Position numbers and translations under genes: made by a program. This document shows positions 1 through 7,608 of a DNA stretch of 21,935 nucleotides, piece after piece (the stretch's first letter is position 1; every line of letters starts with the position of its first letter). Under the pieces are notes generated by a model. The model did no database searches, was not told the origin of the DNA, and saw only the letters and a list, made by a program, of their open reading frames with translations. Origin of the DNA: Thainema sp. (lineage in GTDB: Bacteria; Cyanobacteriota; Cyanobacteriia; Phormidesmidales; Phormidesmidaceae); the NCBI GenBank assembly GCA_052168235.1, contig JBQLZK010000020.1, positions 1 to 21,935 on the forward strand. Direction: 5' to 3'.

Positions 1-81
1 ACCTGAACAACCAGCTCAGCCTTAATTCTCTTGCCAGCGGATGACGTGCTCCCAATTCGGTTTCTCTGTTTATCTAGTCAA

Positions 82-816
82 TTAGAGCTTTTTGTTATTT
101 TCTATTAAGACATTAAATCTCAAGCTACATCTACATTCAGCAAGATAAATTAGTAGAGTGTAAATCAGGATAACAACACCTAACATTTCAAAAGTTTCTT
201 CAAACAGGATACTTAAACCTAGGCTGTGTCCGTTGAATGCTAAATAAGATTCTAATATTTCAAACCCTAGTGCTCCAACAAGGAAAATTAAGGCAGATAG
301 AAGAAATTGCAATGAATATCGCAACGGTAACCGTTTTATAAAGGGTAAGTATAGGCAGCCTATGATACATACAAGCGGTACATACAAGCGGTACCATACG
401 TAATGCATAGCGCCTTCCCCTCGTTCAAAATACCCTAGTAAAAATTGGCCTACTATACCCTCGTGAATTTGTGCAGCCTCATCAAAGCTCATAAGTAGTA
501 AGCCCGCTGCTAATCCCCACCAGTGCCAATCGAAATATTTCTTGCTGCTTGATTCTCTATGAGCAATGAGAGCGCATAAGCTTCCAGCAAAGAGCAGATT
601 GAGAGCTGAGATATAGCTGGGTAAGTTGGCTTCACTACCCATATTAAAAAACCAGAATAATCCAACTAGTGGGGTTGATTTGATGTCAAATAAAAGAGAC
701 ATCAGATGTACAGCAGCATGCCCTACTGCGATCGCAACTACGAGGCCTCCTAAAAAGATCGCTACACGGCGTGGAGAGAGGTTTATTTCAGAATTACGAT
801 TGATTGAGTGGTGCAT
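82..816 (-). CDS. Multi-pass membrane protein of unknown function
   Basis: 244-aa ORF with about 6-7 hydrophobic segments and polar intramembrane motifs (FNMGSEANLPSY, MSFDEAAQIHE, FEETFEMLG). Divergent from the PTPA-CTERM gene. Confidence 0.75.
   Translation of the reverse strand: MHHSINRNSEINLSPRRVAIFLGGLVVAIAVGHAAVHLMSLLFDIKSTPLVGLFWFFNMGSEANLPSYISALNLLFAGSLCALIAHRESSSKKYFDWHWWGLAAGLLLMSFDEAAQIHEGIVGQFLLGYFERGEGAMHYVWYRLYVPLVCIIGCLYLPFIKRLPLRYSLQFLLSALIFLVGALGFEILESYLAFNGHSLGLSILFEETFEMLGVVILIYTLLIYLAECRCSLRFNVLIENNKKL
366..394. repeat. Perfect 13-bp tandem repeat (TACATACAAGCGG x2 + TAC) inside a CDS
   Basis: 366-378 and 379-391 are identical, followed by a partial third copy. Confidence 0.9.
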
Positions 817-1269
817 GTGATCCGGTTTAAGAAAGAATATCTAGAGCTTGTTCTGTGAGTGGTGATAAAGCTCTTTTAATTTAAGTTTTACCTGGATTTA
901 ACCTGGTATCCGGATGTTTCTGTAAAAACTTGCTGAGAGAGCCGTCTCAATTCTTAGCTACGGTAATCATAGGAGTGAGAACGAGACAAACCCAGTGAAA
1001 ACTCCAGTTCACAAATTTTCCTTCTTTAAAGAAGCTATGAAGATAAGTAAGAATATTAAAGCTATCTACTGTGCCTGAATAAAATTAAAAGATGCGAGCA
1101 GCTATTTAGCTATTGCTGGATGGATAGCTTTTCCATCCTGTGAGTGATTAAGATTGGTCATCTACCACTAAACGTGCACTACCATCTGCCTGAATCTTCC
1201 TAATGTTCTTGATTCAGCAGCTTTTTCGAGCTTCATAGAATAGTTGCACACACTAAGTAGGTCTAATCA

Positions 1270-1878
1270 ATGAACTCACACTCTGCGACTACAAAACTGA
1301 TAGCGGCTATAGCTGGAGTCACTGGAATTACACTGTTGGCTTCACCTGCACATGCTGCTGGTTTAACTGGACAAATCGATATCATTTGGAATGCTGATGC
1401 AACTCCAACCAGCTTGGAATTTTACACCTTTCTTAACCAAGCAGATGATGGACGTGGTAATATTGGTGACTTTCTAGTTTCCAACGCAACCGGAAGCTTT
1501 TCGAGCTTGGCACCAACACCTTTGACAGTTACGCCAGGAGTAATCAAAGATTTGCCAACAATTCCAGTGCTAGGCGGAAGTCCAATCAGTAACTGGTTGG
1601 ATTTTGCAAATAATACGTTCGATTTTACTTTGACTTCATTTGTTAATACTTCTAATTTGGAATATGCCTTCGAAGGATTTTTCTCAGATGGCACGCGTGG
1701 TATTGGTGGGTTGACTACACAGATCAACGGATCTGGTGTGAAATCTTATTCAGCTACCATTACAGCCACAGCTATTCCTACTCCAGCTCTCTTACCTGGG
1801 CTAATCGGGTTAGGTCTTGGTATTTTGCGAAAGCGAAATGGCGAAGCAGAAGCAGTGGTTGATATTTCGGCAAATTAG
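1270..1878 (+). CDS. PTPA-CTERM sorting-domain secreted protein (PEP-CTERM variant)
   Basis: N-terminal signal peptide ending ASPAHA-A, Ser/Thr/Gly/Asn-rich beta-type body, and C-terminal IPTPALLPGLIGLGLGILRKR (motif, TM helix, basic tail). Confidence 0.92.
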   Translation: MNSHSATTKLIAAIAGVTGITLLASPAHAAGLTGQIDIIWNADATPTSLEFYTFLNQADDGRGNIGDFLVSNATGSFSSLAPTPLTVTPGVIKDLPTIPVLGGSPISNWLDFANNTFDFTLTSFVNTSNLEYAFEGFFSDGTRGIGGLTTQINGSGVKSYSATITATAIPTPALLPGLIGLGLGILRKRNGEAEAVVDISAN

Positions 1879-1920
1879 CTAAAGTGTACAACCCGTTTTA
1901 ACTGAATCCTGTTTTTGAAC

Positions 1921-1965
1921 AAGAGCGGGATCCTGTTGATCTTCATCAGGTGCCGCTCTTTCTTT
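1921..1965 (+). terminator. Stem-loop, probable intrinsic terminator or mRNA-stabilising hairpin after the PTPA-CTERM gene
   Basis: AAGAGCGG (1921-1928) pairs with CCGCTCTT (1953-1960); inner CCTGTTGA/TCATCAGG pairing; followed by TCTTT. Confidence 0.6.
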
Positions 1966-2059
1966 ATGGGAAATTCACCTGAACCCTCCGGTTGCTACTC
2001 GGGAATTACAGAAGACATGAATATCCAATTTCAATCTTGAGCATTTTAATAGGTGCTTT

Positions 2060-2659
2060 ATGGCAACTCTATCTACCCGTAGCGCTGGCACATTCTATAG
2101 CGCAAAATCACTTTGTCGCCTGGTTGGATTTACCTGCATTGCTGGATTTCTGGTTGATCTAACTGCGATCGCAATTCCAGTTCAATTAGGCAATATTCAG
2201 TGGCGGGTTGGTTTCCTCCAGCAACTCAGCGATCGCAGCATCATTTTGCTGTTTGGTCTAGCGCTACTCATGTATAGCATTGTCGAGATGCGTAACATCC
2301 GGCGTCAACTGGCCTTACTATGTTTGGCTCTTGGTGTGATGTTTATTTTCTCTTGTGTGTTAGTTGTACGTGACAATACAAAAATGCGCGATATGACCAT
2401 TACTCAAATCAACGATCAAGCTGCCAGTATCCAAACCCAGATTGACGAAACCCGAAACAGTCCTAATCCAGATTCTCGTATTACACCTGAAAATATTGAA
2501 CAAGCATCAGTCCTCTTGAAGGAACAAGTTGCAACCCTCACTGAAAACGCAGAAACTGGTCTGCTGAAAACTAGCTTGGCCAGCATTGGCAATTTGATCC
2601 TTGTCGGTATGGCGCTGCTAGGTATCGGGCGATATGGACTGCGCCCACCCAAGAGCTAG
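2060..2659 (+). CDS. HpsJ-family membrane protein, exosortase-associated
   Basis: Three N-terminal TM helices with P..L....W...FLQQLSDR..I.L.G.AL, a coiled Gln/Glu-rich loop and a C-terminal TM. Sits directly upstream of the exosortase. Confidence 0.78.
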   Translation: MATLSTRSAGTFYSAKSLCRLVGFTCIAGFLVDLTAIAIPVQLGNIQWRVGFLQQLSDRSIILLFGLALLMYSIVEMRNIRRQLALLCLALGVMFIFSCVLVVRDNTKMRDMTITQINDQAASIQTQIDETRNSPNPDSRITPENIEQASVLLKEQVATLTENAETGLLKTSLASIGNLILVGMALLGIGRYGLRPPKS

Positions 2660-2728
2660 GAAACCTTTAGTTATGAATGAGCACTGTTCAGTCCCGTTCC
2701 TCAATTAGTGCGTTTAAGACGGTCAATA

Positions 2729-3646
2729 ATGAACTCAGCAAAACTCAAATATACTGCTGAAAAAGCGATCGCACTTGTTTGGCGGAGTAACCACTATCGC
2801 GTGGTTGCGATTGGCTGCGTGATTGGCGTGTTATACATTCCTGTTTGGCTATATGTAATTACCTACCGATCTCTAGAAGGTTCATCTAGCGTTGTGCTCA
2901 ACGTCTGTTTTGTTGGTTTAGGAACCTACCGGCTGTGGCAAAACCGCGCCCAAATCACCAAACTGCAAGCCGTAGAAGAAGATCGATGGATAGGCTATGC
3001 CTTTATCATCGGTGGCGTAGTTGTCTATCCATTTTGCTTAGCATCTCCCTCCTTACAATCGCTAGTGTTTATCCTTGTTGCGGTTGGTATATTGCTCAGT
3101 TCTTACGGTGTTCGCATCTTTCAGCGTTACTGGCTTTCACTACTTCTGCTTTTAGGTGGCTTCTATCCAAACTACCGCTTCCTAGCTCATACACTATGGC
3201 GAAGTCTTACACCAACGGATATGCTCGAAAGCCTGATGGCGCAGGTGGGTGGTTTTGTGCTGAATAACATTGGTCAGTCCGCAACGGTAACGGGTCGAAT
3301 TATTGAGTTGCCTGGTGGAGCAGTGGACGTAGGAGCTGGCTGTAGTGGATTTAGTATGGCCTGTGCTCTAGCAGGAATTGGCTTCGTAATTGGCTTGTTC
3401 TATCAGTTACGATGGCCTAAGACTGCCGGGATTATGATCGCGGGAATTGCGATCTCACTCACGCTGAACGTACCTCGTATTGTTCTACTCGCGTTTGCAG
3501 CCATTTATTGGGGAGAGAAATCCTTCGCCTTTTGGCATGACGGCTGGGGCAGCCAAATTTTTGCCACTGTCATGTTTACCATCTATTACTACGTGATCAT
3601 GGCCTTTGTGCGCCAGCAACCAACCTCAACAAAATCTGGTTCTTGA
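2729..3646 (+). CDS. crtC: Cyanoexosortase (exosortase/archaeosortase family; likely the cyanoexosortase C type)
   Basis: About 8 TM helices with the catalytic triad Cys (VGAGCSG), Arg (LNVPRI) and His (FWHDGWG). ATG at 2729 preferred over GTG at 2708. Subtype inferred from the adjacent PTPA-CTERM and HpsJ-like genes. Confidence 0.85.
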   Translation: MNSAKLKYTAEKAIALVWRSNHYRVVAIGCVIGVLYIPVWLYVITYRSLEGSSSVVLNVCFVGLGTYRLWQNRAQITKLQAVEEDRWIGYAFIIGGVVVYPFCLASPSLQSLVFILVAVGILLSSYGVRIFQRYWLSLLLLLGGFYPNYRFLAHTLWRSLTPTDMLESLMAQVGGFVLNNIGQSATVTGRIIELPGGAVDVGAGCSGFSMACALAGIGFVIGLFYQLRWPKTAGIMIAGIAISLTLNVPRIVLLAFAAIYWGEKSFAFWHDGWGSQIFATVMFTIYYYVIMAFVRQQPTSTKSGS

Positions 3647-3764
3647 CGCTTTGGCCTTTGGCTTTTGATGATCTCGTTAGGCTGACTGCTATATCATTTT
3701 TCCAAGTGGAACGATTCGCGGTTGTAGAGTACAGCGCGATCGCAGATGCAACAGCAGAGGGAAC

Positions 3765-4538
3765 ATGAAGGAAGTCAAGAAAACGCTGCTCAGCACGCTG
3801 ACTGGGGAAGCTTATATGCCCATTCGGCTTTACTATCGAGTGAAGCACGAGAAGATTCTCATGACCAAGCTGGAGCGGCTGAAGTGTGTGCGCTATGACG
3901 AAGCCAGTCAGCAGTGGGTGTGGCTCTACAGCAAAGAGGCGGAATCGATTGATTTACCGACCTCAGCGACAGCCATGCCAAAAGAATATCGGCCAGTCGT
4001 GCTGGGGCGATTTGGCTTTCAGGATGACCTGATGTTTTTAGACCTGCACTCCATTGAGCGGACACTGGCAGCGCTGAAATTCTTTGATGACAAGGTGCCG
4101 CGCCGTGCAGCAGAGGTGATTTACCTGCGGATTGTGAACAAGCTTTTTGCGGCTGAAGCAGATGATGCCAATGAAACAACGGTGCATCCAGGACTGAATC
4201 ATTTCTTTGATGATGACAGCCGCGTCGATATTATCAGCGAAAATTCACTGGAAGAGAAGATTGCAGCTATTAGAGCCAAGTATGAAAACGAAGCTGATCA
4301 AATTGATGCGGTCAACATCTTCCTAGAAAGAGAGTCAAACAAGCCCTTTTCTGAAATTGAGCAGATCCCAATTTACTTCTATGAAGAGGGACTAACGCGA
4401 GCCGAAATGATGCTGAGAATGCGGCAGCTAGTTGCATTTGAGCATTGGAAAGGCAATACCGACTTTACCCAAGCGGATGCAGTCCAGAAAGCCTTTAACC
4501 TCGAAACCCCACGATCACCGGAAATCCTTGAGCTTTAG
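3765..4538 (+). CDS. Hypothetical soluble protein
   Basis: 257-aa ORF with GAGGGA Shine-Dalgarno before the ATG, globular composition and an acidic C-terminal half. No motif recognised. Confidence 0.75.
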   Translation: MKEVKKTLLSTLTGEAYMPIRLYYRVKHEKILMTKLERLKCVRYDEASQQWVWLYSKEAESIDLPTSATAMPKEYRPVVLGRFGFQDDLMFLDLHSIERTLAALKFFDDKVPRRAAEVIYLRIVNKLFAAEADDANETTVHPGLNHFFDDDSRVDIISENSLEEKIAAIRAKYENEADQIDAVNIFLERESNKPFSEIEQIPIYFYEEGLTRAEMMLRMRQLVAFEHWKGNTDFTQADAVQKAFNLETPRSPEILEL

Positions 4539-4564
4539 AAACCTAAGAAACAATTGAGACTACA

Positions 4565-4607
4565 AGCATTTTGGAGGTTCGTGCGCCGCACGAACCTCTA
4601 AAATGCT
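4565..4607. repeat. 21-bp inverted repeat (REP-like palindrome) between convergent genes
   Basis: AGCATTTTGGAGGTTCGTGCG-C-CGCACGAACCTCTAAAATGCT, one mismatch. Confidence 0.9.
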
Positions 4608-4626
4608 AATTCCAAATTCACGTTCA

Positions 4627-5067
4627 CTATGTGCTGGTTGCAAGTTCCGGATTTTCGCTTTGCTGGCTTTGTTTGAAGCCCTGGGAGCCTTTTTGAATTA
4701 GCTCAATTTTGTAGCCGTTGGGATCTTGGACAAAGGCGATGACCGTTGAGCCATGCTTCATGGGGCCGGGTTCGCGCACCACTTGGCCGCCCTTGCTCCG
4801 AATTTCGTCACACATGCCGTAAATATCATCGGCTTCAATGGCGATATGACCATAGGCGTCGCCTAGCTCATAGTCGTCCTTGCCCCAGTTGTAGGTCAGC
4901 TCCAGGACGGTATGATCGACTTCATTGCCATAGCCAACGAAGGCCAGTGTAAACTCGCCGCCGGGATAATCCTTTTGGCGCAACAGTTTCATACCCAGAA
5001 CATCGCGGTAAAACTGAAGGGATTGCTCTAAATCTTTCACCCTCAGCATGGTGTGTAGCATTCGCAT
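4627..5067 (-). CDS. gloA: Lactoylglutathione lyase (glyoxalase I)
   Basis: [56 protein letters not shown] at 5067 preferred over TTG at 5082. Confidence 0.97.
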   Translation of the reverse strand: MRMLHTMLRVKDLEQSLQFYRDVLGMKLLRQKDYPGGEFTLAFVGYGNEVDHTVLELTYNWGKDDYELGDAYGHIAIEADDIYGMCDEIRSKGGQVVREPGPMKHGSTVIAFVQDPNGYKIELIQKGSQGFKQSQQSENPELATST

Positions 5068-5109
5068 AGTCAATTCCGCCAATTTCTACGCTTTCAATTT
5101 TAGCTAGCT

Positions 5110-5469
5110 TCAAGCCAACATCAGATTTTGAGGCGTGATCGAAAAGGTTGGGGAAGCAACCTCCTCGCCAGAGAGAGCAGACTGATGATCCTGAATTGTC
5201 AGCCGAGCCAGCGGTGTGGGTTCAATCAAGGAACGAATTTCTACCCAGACATACCATTCACCTGTCGGCTTTTTGGAGATTACGGCTCGTGTCTTCTGAG
5301 ATTCGAAGTGGCGAGCTAGACTGAGCGCCTTTTTAGATTGTGATGCCGAATAGGTACCCACTAGCTTGAACAGGTCGCCTTGATAGATAGCTCCCCGATA
5401 AATATGGGCATCAGCATAGAAATTAAATTCGTAAAGCTGTGACGCATTGAGAATGTTAGATAGACTCAT
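5110..5469 (-). CDS. Small hypothetical protein
   Basis: About 119 aa from the ATG at 5469, co-oriented just upstream of gloA, globular-looking (GAIYQGDLFKLV...WYVWVEIR). Confidence 0.6.
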   Translation of the reverse strand: MSLSNILNASQLYEFNFYADAHIYRGAIYQGDLFKLVGTYSASQSKKALSLARHFESQKTRAVISKKPTGEWYVWVEIRSLIEPTPLARLTIQDHQSALSGEEVASPTFSITPQNLMLA

Positions 5470-5593
5470 TAACAGGAACACACTAGGAACTTCACACGCT
5501 TTTAATGTATTCGTAATTGTTTACTTTTGTAAAGGCAGTGGATCTAAAGGGTTCTGTCAATGCACTTTGGTAGAGTTTCTCTATGCCGATGGT

Positions 5594-7426
5594 ATGACTT
5601 ACTGCATGAATCCGGATTGTCAGCGGCCTGTCAATCCGGATTCTGGCCGATTTTGTTTAGCTTGTGGCTGGCGGTTGCGGTTGGGCGATCGCTACCAGGC
5701 GGTGCAGCCCTTGGGGCAGGGGCGATCGAGCCGCACCTACATAGGATGGGACAGGTCGCGGATTGCTAAGCCCAAGTGCTTGATCAAAGCGTTTACCTGC
5801 CGAGAGAAGACGAAGCTGGCTCAGGCGAAGGCAATGGAAACCGTGCGACGAACGGTTGTGGCGCTTGATGCGTTGAGTCGCTTAGCCAAGATTCCTGAGG
5901 TATACGGCTATTTTGAGCGCGATCGCACTCAGTTTATTGTCCAAGCTTTTCTTGACGGACAAACAGCCAAACAGCGGCTTCAGGCAGAGGGAACCTTTAG
6001 TGAAGCTCAGATTTGCCAACTTTTACAGTCGGTGCTGCCGGTGTTGCATACGCTGCATCAACATCGGGTTATCCATCGCGATATCAAGCCCAGTAATTTG
6101 ATTCAGCTACCAGGTTCAAACCATTGGCTACTGGCTGATCTGGGCGCGGCCAAGTACACAACAGATTCCGGCTTAAAGCGAACGGGAACGATACTGGGCG
6201 ATGCGGAGTATACGGCTCCAGAGCAGCTGCGGGGTAGGGCCACATTTGCTAGCGATATTTACAGCCTGGGTGTGACCTGTATACATCTGCTGACAGGGCT
6301 TTCACCGTTTGAGCTGTGGGACGTAAACGCCCAAGCATGGCACTGGCGCAGCGTCGTTGTAGACATGAGTGAGACACTAATGGATCTGCTAGAGCGATGC
6401 GTGGCAATGGCTATACAGGATCGCTATCCATCGATAGAGGCCATGACACCTGAGCTTACCCAGATCAAGATTCATCTGCCTTCCCTCTCATCTCCTACCG
6501 TCTCAGCCATCCCCACCAACCATCAACCATCAACTTTTTCACCATCAACCCTCTCCCCTTTTCTCTCTCACGTCTGCTGTCTAGCCTGCCATCCCATTCA
6601 CAACCAATTCGCAGCGGGATTAGAAGACGGACAGATTCAAATCTGGGATGTACCAACAGGTGAAATGCTGCGATCGCACATTGCCCATCAGCAAGCGATT
6701 ACTGCTCTAGCCTACAGTCCAGACGGTAACAGCATCGCCAGCAGCAGTTGGGATGCCAGTATTCGATTATGGCCTGAGCTACTTACTACACCAACCGTGC
6801 TAAGCCATACGGGAAGTCTAGTTGAAGCGCTAATCTACAGTCCCGATGGCAAATTTCTGATTAGCGGTAGTCGCGATCGCAGCTTACAGGTTTGGCGCTT
6901 ATCGGATTGCACCTTGGTACAGACGCTAGCCGGACATGAAGTGGATTTAACTGCGATCGCAGTTAGTCCCGATGGTCAATATTTAGCAAGTGCCGATGCC
7001 AGCGGGCAAGTCAATATCTGGTTGCTGTCTACGCAGGAACGTTTGCGGACGCTGACGGGACATCAGGGCAGCGTAAGTGCGATCGCATTTACGTCCATCC
7101 CAGGTAATAACCACGCTGAAAAACCATCACTGCTGATCACCGCAAGCTGGGATATGACGGTGCAGGTACGCTATCCAAACACAGGTGGCATCAGGCATAC
7201 ACTGCGCGGCCATGCGCTACCCGTTAGTGCGATCGCACTGCATCCAAACGGGATAGTCCTTGCCACAGGCAGTCCTGATCAAACGGTGATGCTGTGGGAC
7301 TTGGTGGCAGGTGAGAGGCAGGCAGTTTTGGAGTGTGATGCTGCTGTTGAGGCATTGACATTTAGTGCTGATGGTGAGGCTTTGATAGTGGTTACGCAAA
7401 CAGGTAGGGTTTGGGTTTGGCGGTAG
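5594..7426 (+). CDS. Ser/Thr kinase-like protein with N-terminal 4-Cys zinc ribbon and C-terminal WD40 propeller
   Basis: MTYCMNPDC...FCLACG prefix; CLIK, HRDIKPSN, DLG, YTAPEQ, SDIYSLG; about 7 WD40 repeats (GH...AxSPDG...S.S.D..V.W). The 49 upstream codons in the ORF track are probably not translated. Confidence 0.93.
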   Translation: MTYCMNPDCQRPVNPDSGRFCLACGWRLRLGDRYQAVQPLGQGRSSRTYIGWDRSRIAKPKCLIKAFTCREKTKLAQAKAMETVRRTVVALDALSRLAKIPEVYGYFERDRTQFIVQAFLDGQTAKQRLQAEGTFSEAQICQLLQSVLPVLHTLHQHRVIHRDIKPSNLIQLPGSNHWLLADLGAAKYTTDSGLKRTGTILGDAEYTAPEQLRGRATFASDIYSLGVTCIHLLTGLSPFELWDVNAQAWHWRSVVVDMSETLMDLLERCVAMAIQDRYPSIEAMTPELTQIKIHLPSLSSPTVSAIPTNHQPSTFSPSTLSPFLSHVCCLACHPIHNQFAAGLEDGQIQIWDVPTGEMLRSHIAHQQAITALAYSPDGNSIASSSWDASIRLWPELLTTPTVLSHTGSLVEALIYSPDGKFLISGSRDRSLQVWRLSDCTLVQTLAGHEVDLTAIAVSPDGQYLASADASGQVNIWLLSTQERLRTLTGHQGSVSAIAFTSIPGNNHAEKPSLLITASWDMTVQVRYPNTGGIRHTLRGHALPVSAIALHPNGIVLATGSPDQTVMLWDLVAGERQAVLECDAAVEALTFSADGEALIVVTQTGRVWVWR

Positions 7427-7440
7427 GTGTAGGGAAGTGT

Positions 7441-7526
7441 TGAGTGCTGAGTTCTAAGTTTTGAATTTTGAATTTTGATCAGTCAATCATTGCACTCAAA
7501 GCTAAACACTCAAAACTAAAAATTCA
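7441..7526. repeat. Inverted arrays of heptamer tandem repeats (STRR-like)
   Basis: TGAGTGC-TGAGTTC-TAAGTTT-TGAATTT-TGAATTT facing GCACTCA-AAGCTAA-ACACTCA-AAACTAA-AAATTCA, between convergent genes. Confidence 0.8.
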
Positions 7527-7545
7527 CCTCTGCCTCCCTCGACTC

Positions 7546-7585
7546 CCTTTACAGCCCTTTACAGCCTTTACAGCCTCTACAGCCC
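7546..7585. repeat. 9/10-bp tandem repeat (C)CTTTACAGC x4
   Basis: CCTTTACAGC CCTTTACAGC CTTTACAGC CTCTACAGC. Confidence 0.85.
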
Positions 7586-7608
7586 TCTTGCTCCTCACTC
7601 CTCTCGCC

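Noticed and set aside
843..1138. Several 7-bp inverted repeats in the divergent promoter (AGAGCTT/AAGCTCT, GGATGGA/TCCATCC)
   Set aside because: Short enough to arise by chance, and they share no common motif.
2001..2010. GGGAATTACA as a SigJ/SigF-type promoter for the hpsJ-like gene
   Set aside because: Only a partial match to the consensus as I recall it (GGGAATACT), and too short to support without TSS data.
5447..5593. N-terminal extensions in the ORF track (kinase 5447, TrkA 9871, response regulator 12857, YyaL 15962, TIGR02587 18292)
   Set aside because: They start at TTG codons and precede the recognisable family N-termini; downstream ATGs fit better.
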